Shown here one piece after another: positions 1 to 10,900 of a stretch of DNA of 58,317 nt. The position numbers were made by a program, and so were the translations under genes. This stretch comes from a virus (lineage: Duplodnaviria; Caudoviricetes): IMG/VR virus record IMGVR_UViG_3300031774_000014, positions 1 to 58,317 of that record; one strand, 5' to 3'. The notes below the pieces were generated by a model. The model was given only the letters and a program-made list of their open reading frames with translations. It did no database searches and was not told where the DNA came from. The first letter of the stretch is position 1. Every line of letters starts with the position of its first letter.

Positions 1-73
1 CCATAATAGGCTCTTGCCCTTCTTCAGCCAATAGTACGGGCACATCTTCATATCTGTAAAAAGGTTTTCCCAT
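1..73 (-). CDS. Partial ORF (N-terminus MGKPFYRYEDVPVLLAEEGQEPIM..., runs off window), probable tail/baseplate protein
   Basis: ATG at 73, 2 nt past the stop of the 640-aa tail gene; open to window edge; tail-module context. Confidence 0.55.
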   Translation of the reverse strand, partial: MGKPFYRYEDVPVLLAEEGQEPIM

Positions 74-75
74 AA

Positions 76-1998
76 TTATACTACTGGACGTTTTTCTTTA
101 TAGGTGTGATCTTCTGGCAATAAATCTACAAACCCCCATTTGTGAGCTAAATACCCTTGAGTTCTGAATATTTCACTATCAGGAATAAAGCCACTAACAA
201 CCACATTCTCTGCTATGAATCCATTGATAGTAGATTCCATTTCATTCATAACTGAACCGATGGAAAAAGCTTCTACTTTATTGAGGCCTAAAGAGCCTTC
301 GACTATTGCAGATCTTCCATTTATATCTAAATATGAATTATCTCCATCAATTAAAACTGTTATTATAAATTCCTCTACCCTAATAGTGTCTGCACTAGAC
401 GAAGCACTCTGATAGCTTTCTTTTATTCCTCCGTCAACAATGTCATCTCCTTTGCTTTTTATTGAGCCAGTTTCTTCTAATACTCCATCCGGCCTTCTAG
501 TTTGAGTAGATACCTTTATATTGTTTGTGTCTAACCTCTCTATCAGGAGCCTATCAAATTCTTGATGAAAATCAACGCCCAGTGTATCCACCAAAACAGC
601 CCGCTTATTCATATCCTTAAACTGACCAGCTATAAAGACATAATAAGGCTCCCCCCTGTTTATATTAATATCTCTAGTGGTTAAAATACTTTTGCCGTAA
701 AAATTAATAGCAGGTTTTTTATTAAATATATATTGAGTAAACCTTGGATCAAAACCCCCGCTTGAAGATTCCAATACGGCATCATTAGGTCCCTTACTCC
801 TCCATCCCTTTACAGCATATCCATCTAAATTTAGATAGTTTTTATCTAAAGCATCATTCCATAAGGTTGGTCTCAAAAACGAAGGGCTCCACATTGCTTC
901 GGTAAAATTGCTATTTGTAAAATCTTTAGAGTGGGGTAGTTTTCCCCTTTTATTATAATAAGATTTATACTGAAGATTTACAGTTAATCTTCCATCTACA
1001 GAAGATGAAACAGATTCCCCAATAAGCCTAGCTTGCTCGATAGTATAATGTTGAATTGGATCCCCAAAGCAATCATTAATCTTTATAGCGATATCTTCTA
1101 CAGTGGGTGTGAACATATACTTCCTAAGACTTTGATATTTGTATTCATCTATCTCAAGGGTAAACGAAGTATCTGTAATAATTGGCCAATTAACATCGAC
1201 CTGAGCAGCATATGCTGACCCAACAACATATATTGGCTCTATGCCTACATTAATTGAATGGTTAAATGCCACAACTCTATCTGTCTCTGAGCCTGCACAT
1301 TTTATGCTTATCGATCCTTGGTCGGGAACTCTTATCTCTGGGAAAGGATTGTCGCCCTTAGCATTATACTCTGGTTTATTATAATATGAATCTTCCAGTA
1401 TATAAGCAAATCCATTTTCATCCAGCACGGAAAATTGATCGTTTTCCTTGTCAACGAAATTTGGCGAACCACCTATGTCCCCAAACACTCTTATACTTGT
1501 CGATGTTGACGGAACCTGACCTATGGCACATGATACTGTATGACTAGTAATATAACCACTATGGAACCCAAAATACTCATGGCCATGATGCAAACTTCCA
1601 GTAAATGGAGTGTCACCCAAAAATTGTATAAAAAAATCTTCACTTACTAGCGTTGAATTTATTGAGAAATTTCCTTCTAGTGGCGCATTCAATACCGCCA
1701 TCGATTTGGGATCAGGGCACCTCCTCGGTCTGTCTTCGGGGCAACTAAGAACATCTTCTTGTAATAAATCAAAAAGCCCATGCTCTTGAATCACGAAGCC
1801 GTAGCAACTATCTTCTGGTTTATTTTCAATTTCTATTTTAGGCTCTGGTGGATAATAATCTTCTCCAACTAGCCCCCAGCCTAATACATTAATTGGTTTT
1901 TCTTGTATAGAGTACGAACCCTCAACGCTCTGGATACCAGACATTTGAGTTCCATTAATAAAAAATTTCTGCTCGTGAGCTAAGAATGCTTGCTTCAT
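76..1998 (-). CDS. Tail-tube-fold (distal tail/hub-like) protein with C-terminal LamG/ConA-like domain
   Basis: Directly downstream of TMP; N-half shares motifs with the two tube paralogs (GIQS, GYITSHTVS, ARLIGESVSSS); C-terminus ends GFIAENVV...QGYLAHKWG, as in phage LamG-like domains. Confidence 0.6.
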   Translation of the reverse strand: MKQAFLAHEQKFFINGTQMSGIQSVEGSYSIQEKPINVLGWGLVGEDYYPPEPKIEIENKPEDSCYGFVIQEHGLFDLLQEDVLSCPEDRPRRCPDPKSMAVLNAPLEGNFSINSTLVSEDFFIQFLGDTPFTGSLHHGHEYFGFHSGYITSHTVSCAIGQVPSTSTSIRVFGDIGGSPNFVDKENDQFSVLDENGFAYILEDSYYNKPEYNAKGDNPFPEIRVPDQGSISIKCAGSETDRVVAFNHSINVGIEPIYVVGSAYAAQVDVNWPIITDTSFTLEIDEYKYQSLRKYMFTPTVEDIAIKINDCFGDPIQHYTIEQARLIGESVSSSVDGRLTVNLQYKSYYNKRGKLPHSKDFTNSNFTEAMWSPSFLRPTLWNDALDKNYLNLDGYAVKGWRSKGPNDAVLESSSGGFDPRFTQYIFNKKPAINFYGKSILTTRDININRGEPYYVFIAGQFKDMNKRAVLVDTLGVDFHQEFDRLLIERLDTNNIKVSTQTRRPDGVLEETGSIKSKGDDIVDGGIKESYQSASSSADTIRVEEFIITVLIDGDNSYLDINGRSAIVEGSLGLNKVEAFSIGSVMNEMESTINGFIAENVVVSGFIPDSEIFRTQGYLAHKWGFVDLLPEDHTYKEKRPVV

Positions 1999-4900
1999 CC
2001 GCTAAGCTCTCCACCTATTCGCTTCTCCTCTCGAATAACTTCGAGTACCTTTGTCTTTATCTTCATGGCAAGTTGTTGCTCTTGCTCGTATGTTCCTTGT
2101 GCCCCTTCGGTGGAAACCTTTTCATTTCCGGATTTGTCAATTGTTACATTGACATTTATATTGTTTGTTACTTCTGTATTTTGATTTGTCGCAGCAGTTT
2201 CTGTTTGGTTTGCTTGTGTTCCTTCTAATAGAGAGCTTATCCTATTCTCTACTACAGGAGCAGGCTTTGATCCTGATGTTGTCTGTGGGGTAGAAATGGA
2301 AGAACTAGGAGAGCTTGCTGTACCAACTATGCCGCCCTTATAGTATCCTTTTTCTGCCTTGCGAAATCCGTCTGGATTTTGCATTGCAAACTTCATCATG
2401 TTTGGGTTGTCTCGAAGTAACTTATCTGTAGAACTTCTTCTTATGATAAAATCTCCTTCGCTTAGTCCAACTGGACCCACATTATCTACACCTCCCGGTC
2501 CATCAATGATGGGGATTGATCCAGTGCGATTCATTTTATTTAAATTGTCATAACCTATGCGCTTCGCAATTGGTGCTGGTATAAAAGATTCTCCTGCAGT
2601 CAACATGGCTGGAATTTCTCCACCCGAAAATACTTCTAATGGCTTGCCCCTGTCTATTCCCGTGATGGCTTCAGTGGACCTTGGCCGCATTTTCACCTTT
2701 TCCATTTGAGTAGAATTTATCTTATTTTGCAAATCTTGAGCGGTAGCGCCCCTATAATTAGGATTATTCGCTTCTGTCTTTTTAATTGACTCAAACCAGC
2801 TTCCATGCTTCTTCCCACCCCTAGCCCTAAACTGGAAATTGCTCACTTCATTGCCTTTTGCATTGGATGCAAAATCACTACCATACAATTTGCCATTATA
2901 CTCAAGAGGTTTTCCGGATTCTATACTGTCTGCTATATCCTTATAGTTTACATTATCCAGTCCAGCCTTTCTTGCGGCCTTAAATGCCTCAGAGTGCTTA
3001 CCTATCCCACTATGGCCAAGAGCTACATTTTTACCCTTTTCTATAAGTGCATTAAGTGGCTTTGCAGCCAAGGAAGTTAATTGACTAATCGCAAAACTTG
3101 CCACGGTTCCTACAATCGATCCAATTTTCGACATTCTTTTACTGACATCTTTATTTTTCTGCGCCGCACGATATGAAGCTACATCTAATAAATGCCCCCG
3201 ATACTCTTCCATAACTGGATCTTTAGCTAGAAGCTTCCCACTTGATCTAGGGTCTCCTCTTGAAATTGAAAGTGTAGAATCCAAGTTCAAATTCTTAAAC
3301 TTGTTCATATCAAATTCAGGTGGCTTGTCTTTGTGGGCATCCTTGTCTTGCATTTTCTTGGCAACATATCTCGCTGCTTCTTGCATCGCAAATCCCTGGG
3401 CTAATCCGGTCGCTCCGGCCTTCACTCTTTGAGCAACACCACCCTCCTCAAAGTGTTGCAATATGCCGCCATCTTTTAATGCCTTTGCTGCCTTTTTAGG
3501 TACAACAAATTCTCCTGCAGTGAGCATGGCTGGTACTTTATCAACCCCGGGCTCGCCCTCAACAAATCCACCTTTTGCAAATTTTTGTATTTTGCCGCCG
3601 AAAAAATCCGTTCTTGGTTTGGCAGCTGGAATTGTTATTTCATTAAATGGTTTATATGAACTAAAATTTTGTTGATTAGCATTTTTTAAGTTTTGGGTCA
3701 CAATATCAATTTGTTGACCTGCAGAAACAATTGATGAAGTAAGGCTTGAGATTTCCTGTTGAGTTAATTCACTAGCACGACCCCTCTTTATAAGCTCCAT
3801 GTTTATTTTTTTTAAGTTAGACTTTAACTGGTTTATTTCTGTAGCCAATTGAACATTTGCTGTTTTTGTAGCATCAACTCCATCCATTGCAACCTTCAAA
3901 GACTTACCCTCATCAGTGTGCGGATTAGTGGCTGCATATTTTTTCTCTAAAGTGCCAAATTCTGGATCATAATTTGCTTTTTGTAAAAACTTCTTATTTC
4001 GTTGAAATTCATTTTCTTTCTCCACTATTAAACGTTCAACCTCTCTTTTTTGCCTACCTGGCTCTAACTCTGGCATGTTTTCTACCTTTAGGTCACTGCT
4101 AGCAAGTTCGTTAGGGTCATAATCTTTATCCCTTAAACCAAACCTCGACCTATCTGGATTCGCTGCTATATCTTCTGCTCTCTGTCTCTCTTGGGCATTT
4201 TTTGCCTGTCTAGCTAACTCAGCAAGGTGTTCTTTTTTAGCCTGCTCTTCCATTTGCCTATGAAGTATATCTTCGCGCGCTTGGGCATCTATTTCAGCGC
4301 CTCTTTTTGTGTTTGGATCTGAGAGAGAAATATCATTAGGGTTTACTCCTGTTTTTGTCACACCAATATCAGCCCTACTTGCAACCTGCCCCTCTACTGC
4401 TCTTTTTTGTCCTTCTACGGACATTCTTAGTGCATCAAGCGAACTAACCAACTTCTGATTTTCACTAATCAGATTATTGTTCGATGAAGCCATTTTCTCG
4501 GCTTCAGAAAGTGCATTCTCTCCAGTAAATGCAAAAGTTAAATTTTTAATAATCTGATCGATATTGTGCTCCATCATGCGGTCAAGCAAAACATCTGCCA
4601 ATCCTAAACCAAAGTCAGACCATGCTTCCTTTGCACTTTTTGCACCGCTTCCAATATCTTTAAAGAGTTGCTTCATGCCGCTCCTAGTTTGATCTAGTCC
4701 TATGTCAACTAAATCAGCTCCAAGATTTTTGGCGGCCACATCCATCTCCGCAATTTTCGTACGCATTCTATCAAATGCACGCGATCCAATTTGTAATTGT
4801 TTGTTTGTTTCTTCTAGCGACTGAGAGAAGGCCAGGGCATCTTCTGGGCTGCCAGTTATCGTTGCCCTCATGCCGGCTTCTCTTGTTCCTCTAATTCCAG

Positions 4901-7900
4901 TGGCCCTTTCTGTCGCTATATCTGTACCAACACTTAACCTTAACTCTTGCTCGCTTACCGCAGCTTTTCTTATCGCATTCTCTAACCCGATTAATTTATT
5001 AGAAGATTCTTGCAATTCATTTGCTTGGCGCAGTAATTCTCCTTGTTTACCCATTGCACTTAATATTAATGCTTTCTCGCTATTAACTAAGGCGGATGAT
5101 TGAGCTGAAGTTATTTCTTCTTGAATCTGTAAGTCTACTTGTTTTCTTAACTCTTCAGATCCTGCTAATAATTTTAATTTAGTAAGATTATTTCTTGCGG
5201 TTGTTTCGAGGGTAGTAGTTTCTTCGCTTATTTGCGACTGAACCAAAGACTCTCTAGTTTCGTTATAACTTAAATATTCATTCCTGAATGCTGCATCTTT
5301 GGCAGCTGCACTAGCCCCAAGAACTTCACTTTGTATCTTAGCTATTTGAATAATTTTAAATTCATCGGTATCCCGAAGTATATTTTCTTGAACTTGTAAT
5401 TGCTTAAGGGACAATACAGCAGCTTCTGCATCTGTGCGGTTTTTAGCTGTTTGTTGTTCATAGGCTTTGTCATCAAGGGCTCCGCTCTCCATGATCTTTT
5501 TAAGGCTATCTTTTCTAAAATGATTAATGACAGCCAGAGTGTCAACTTCGCCCTGTAAGTTTTCAAGCATGGATTCTGCGGGGTTCTTTTGCTCGGCAAA
5601 AATCATAGCTAATTCCCTAGCACCTTCGACTGTTTTTTGTTTTATTAAATTTAAAGCCTTTTCGTTTTCTAATCCAGCTCTAGCTACTTTAGCATTTGTT
5701 TCTGCTGTTTGCTGCGATCTTCTAAGACTATCACCAGTTTTCTTGAGAGCCTCTATGTTTTCTGGCAGTATAGTAGTAAGCTTCATATGATGTTTTGCCA
5801 AAAGCACAGACATTGATAAAATTGAATCTTGATTATCTCCATATTTTTCGACAAGCTTATTTATAATTTCTTGATTATCTGTATGATCTTTAATTTCTTT
5901 CCCTAATTCCTTGAAGAATGTATTTAGGTCTTGAATTTGACCTTTATCTAATCCGCCTAATGAATCGCTAACTTCGGCAATCATCTGAGGGTTTAATCCT
6001 TTTTTAATTGCATTTTTAAGTTCAGCGACACCAGTTTGAGCATCTTTAGCATCGCTATTAAATTGAGAGCTTAAAGCGGTAATGTTTACATATTTTTTAC
6101 GAATAGCCTCAAGGCTATTTAATGCTTCATTATTTGCTTTTAATTTATCCGACTCAAGTTTTTCAGTTATTGTTGCGCCATCTAAAGCTGATTTGTTCTG
6201 TATAGCAGTAGAGCGACTCATCATTTCATATTCACTCTGTAAATCAATCAATCTACTATTAATCTTTCTTTTAGACTGAGTAATAATATTATCTAATTTG
6301 TTTTGATGAATTATTTCTTCTCTTTGCTTTTTATAGTTAGCTACTATTTTAGTATATTCAGTTAGTAGTCCAGACTTAGCTTGTTGGGCTTTCTTGGTCT
6401 CCTTGTGCTCTCTTTCTGATACTTTGATTTGTTCATTTAATGCATTAATGAAAAACTTTTTCTTTTCTGCAGTTTCTAAATCTAAAGACTCTAGTCCGGA
6501 AATGCCTTGAATATTTCCTGCTTCTAGGTTTTTCTTCATCGCTTCTTTTTTCTTAGGGTCAAGGCCTACTGTTATTTCTGCAATTCTATTTGCTAAAGAG
6601 TTCAGTTCATCTTTTAATTCTTTACTAGGAGAGCTTCCTTCAAACATTCCGAATTCGCCCTCAGTTTTCTCGCCGAAATCTTTAATGGCTGTAGCGAAAG
6701 CCATTTGAACCGCTTCTTGCTTTGCTATTTTCTCGAGTACACGGATCAATGTTTCTGTACCTTTAACTTCTCCAGACTTGGCCTTATTGATTTCATTTAT
6801 TAAATCCTTGTTTTTGAGATTGGCTATGTCTACTTGTGCAAGTTTAGACTGCAAACTAGTCTGCTGCTTGATTTCTTTTATTCTCAGGCTGATTAGTTCT
6901 TTTTCTTGCTTTAATGTTCTACCCGACCCAATAATTTCTAGTTTAGACATTTTGTCTCTGGTCGAGGAAAGGCCATTTGCTACATCTAGTGCTGACTGTG
7001 TTTTTTCTGCAGACTCAGAGAGCTTTTCTAATTTATCTGCGGCTTTATCCGCATTATCCTTAAAAAGATCAAATATATCTATACCAGCAAATTTCAAGAC
7101 TTCGTTTAGCACACTAAAACCAGTAATTAATTGGCCAACCGCAGGAGCAAGCCTCAATAAGCCTTTGCCGAATTTTGCAATACCACCTATCGTCTTAGCG
7201 ATTTTATCTAAACCTAATCCCTTGCCTTTTCCTGCTCCCCCAGCACCCCCAGTAACTTTACCAAGCAAGCCTCCAAGACCAACTTCTTTGCCTTTCTCGA
7301 CCCCTCCCATCTCTGCGAGTTGGCTTGCAAATTCTTTAGTAGCGATCATGGTGGACACAACATTGCTAACCCCTAATCCAAGTTCAGCCATTGTTTTGGT
7401 CGTCTCTCCGCCTGTCTCTGCAAATTCCTGAAGGAACCCACTAGCCATACTAATGCTTGATTGAAGGTAAAACAGCCTCTGCAGTCCCTCCATATTTGAA
7501 GTGGTATGCTTATCCACCCCTTCTTCATTATCCTTTAAAGAATTAGTGGTCGATTCTACTTGATTTTCAAAATCTTTAAACTTTTGACCCGCCGGTCCTC
7601 CAGCCGCACCACCAACTACAAAGTTAGGCATAAATCCTCCGGCCGCACCATGGCTCTTAGGATCGATTCCCATGCTTTTTGCCCGCCTGATCCCCTGGCC
7701 AACCCCAGCAGGCTCATCTCTTGTATTAGTAACAGCAAGACCCATTGGGTTTCCGGGCCCTTTTAATTGATTACTTTGTTCAATTTTTATATTGCTCGCT
7801 GGAATTCCGGCGGCCTTTTCTCGCTCCACCGCTTCTGCTAATGGGTCTGCAAAATTAGGAACAAAACCGCCAGATAATATTCTATAATCTTCTGGATATT

Positions 7901-10900
7901 TTTTTAAATCCTGCAAGGTTTTTCTGTCATAAAATTTAGACAAAAATTGAAGCATAGTTTGCCCGGGCCTGAATTGAGTTTCACCCCCTGCAAATTCCTT
8001 TAAGTATTCTTGATGCATCAAGTTTTTTGACTTGATTGTTTTCTTCTTAAAAGGTACAGCATTATCAAAAGGAACTATATCTGCAAAGTTGGGAACGAGG
8101 CCGCTTGATGCATCACTAAAGGAACCTAAACTTCTACCGCTATTATACCTCTCGACTTTGTCTTTAAGGTTTTTAATAAAAATACCATTTAAATCAATCG
8201 TGCCTTTTCTGTCTTGAATCGCAGCTTTTGATGCATAATGTTTAGCACCCTCCCTTCCCATAGATGGGCCGCCAAGACCCTTTAGGTCTTTATTTGCCCT
8301 TGCTTTAAACCCTTGAGTTTGTTTATTTATTTTTGCAATCTCTTGTGGTTTGGTGTCCGTATGGTTTTGCAAATAATTAGCAAAATCCGTTAAAGTAAAA
8401 TCATCTCCCCGAAGGCCCCAGCCATTTGGACCTTTAGACCATTTGAGAAATTTTTGCCAGTAATGAAAGTTTGGCACAAAGCCTTGATTGTTAAATTTAG
8501 ATTGTATATCCGAAAACTTTCCGGTCTTCCTTTTTATTAAATCAGCATCCTGCTTAGATAGATATTTATTTATGTCTTGAAAGGTTAATTTATTTAAATC
8601 AATATCATCTACATGATAATCATAGCTTATTTTTTTATTTAATTCTTTTTTGCTTTTTATAGATTGATCAATCGCCTGTTTTGTTAATGGTTTTGATTTA
8701 GATCTTATATCACCAAGAGTAGTAGTTAAGTTCTTCTTTGGTCTAGCATCTGCCCCTTCGGCTATAATATCTACAAATCGGCTACCAGGTAGTTCGACTT
8801 TCCCTGATTGACTCAAAATCTGACCAAGTTTCCCTTGATCAGCTAACTCTCTAAGAACTTTAGTTCTCATTAATTTGGCGCCATGCCCTGTTCCAGATTC
8901 TGTATCTCCGTAAATAATTGAGTCTTGCAGTCCTATTTTTTTTCTGAGCTCACGAGGCACCCTAATTCTCCTACCTCGAGCTTCGGAAAAATCTAAAGCG
9001 TCTGTGCCTTTCTTAAATGGCTGACCAGCTAACATAGAGAAAACTTCCTCAAATAAGTCTCCTTTTATTCTGACATCACTTAAGTGACCGGTTCGGTCTT
9101 TAACTTCATTATATATTTTTTTAGCATTATTAAATTTTTTATCACCTAGCGCTTTCCTCATTCCTGATTGCCGGGTATTATATTTTTTTCCCTTTACGGT
9201 TTGAGTCCTTGTTTGCTCTTTGAGGTAATTTAAAAAAGATGGGCCTGACATACCAAAAACATCTTTGTATATATTTTTTGGCGTTTTAATTTGGCCTGCT
9301 TCATACTTTTTGATTAAATCATTGTAAAGAGAATTCCAGTCTTTTTTGAAATTCGGAACAAACCCTTCACTCATGCCCCACATATCCGCATCAGATTCAG
9401 AAAATTCTCCACCCTTGCCTGAACCCTTGATCCCCATCTTACCTGCGAGTTTTTGGGCTCCGCTCAAATTTTTTCCCTTTAACCCCTTTCCACCACTTAT
9501 TTTATTTGCAGACATCCAACCGCTTAATTCGCGATCAGAAGCCATTCTTAAACTTTTTGATATTATGTTTGCCGCACTTAATTTTCCGCTCTTTACCTCA
9601 TGAGCCCCACCAGGACCAATAATATCTACAGGATAATTCTGTACTCCTTTTTTTGTTTTTGGATCGTATGTTAATTGATTCCCGCCAACTTCTTTATTTA
9701 ATAAATTAAGAGATTTTCTTTCTGCAAATTGATCCCGACTTAACTTACCCTTACCCTTGCCCCCTGGAATCGGAGGTCTTACATTAAACGTTCTTTCAAT
9801 TGAATCAATACCCGCGCCGGATAATGCACTGAATGCTTCAAATAATGTCTCCTTACCTGATATCTTTTGCTTTCCACCATCTGAAGACATAATGATATCT
9901 TTTAGGCTTGCGGACATTTTTACCGGTTGCCTACTAGCAAATAATTTCTCTATTTCTTTATAATTGACCCCAGTTGCTCGTGCAATATCCATAGATCCGC
10001 CAAACAATGTAAGTTTGGACTTATCCATAACCAAATTTTTACCCATAGCTGTTGCGAAATTAGGCACGAATCCGTCGCTTGCGTATGGATCAAACCCATG
10101 CTTTCCTTGAAATGCTTTTTGGTATACCGATCCAGCCCTACTATTCTCAGGAGGCATAATTGCAGGTTGCTTCATTCCTGGAAATTGTTTTACTGTTTCA
10201 GCTTTATTATAGACTACATCCCCCACTCCCTGTACCCGCATTGAGTCAATAGGTCCAGCACCATATCCACCCATAGCGGCCCCTTTTCTTTCTTTCCTCC
10301 TTGATGCTTCTGGAACCAGCCCTCCTGATGCCCCAAGGTCCGGGGATACTCCTTTTGCGACCAAGGGTCCAGCTAAAGATTGAGCGATCCTTCTTTGCTG
10401 TTCCATGGCATCTGTTTGAGCCTCTATAATACCCAGCATGAATTTTTCTTGAGCTAATCGATCTCCCTCTAAATTGTTTAAAGATTGCTGAATATTATGG
10501 TTCCTAGATAATGCATCCACAATAGAATCTTCCATCTGTTTTATTCTATCTTTTTGGCTGACAACACCAAGAACATCCTTCATTGAATTAGAAGCGAACT
10601 TGGCGATATTCATGAATAGCTTGATGAATATAGCTCCAAATGCGATTGCCGCAGGGCCCGATATGACATTTCCAATGCCCCTAACTAATCCTTTACCAAA
10701 AGTGCTACCTTCTTCTTCTCCTCCTCCTAGGGCTCCTCGTATTTCTTCGATTCTTTCGTTTACAAACTCAAGGGCATCTGCCATTTGTGGGCCGATAGCT
10801 AGTTGCCCTATAGTCGCTGCTAATTCTTGAAGGTTCGTGCCGGCTTGACTCGCTAATGCAGAAACCGTCTTGTTTAATAATTCATTTTTCCTGGCAGCTT

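Noticed and set aside
2430-3585. Three GG..G.PG.D.VPAML..GE-type repeats at TMP C-terminus
   Set aside because: Common motif in siphophage TMP C-termini; not novel
6778-7431. 217-aa plus-strand ORF and other short antisense ORFs inside TMP and structural genes
   Set aside because: Shadow ORFs of long minus-strand genes; no RBS or recognisable motifs
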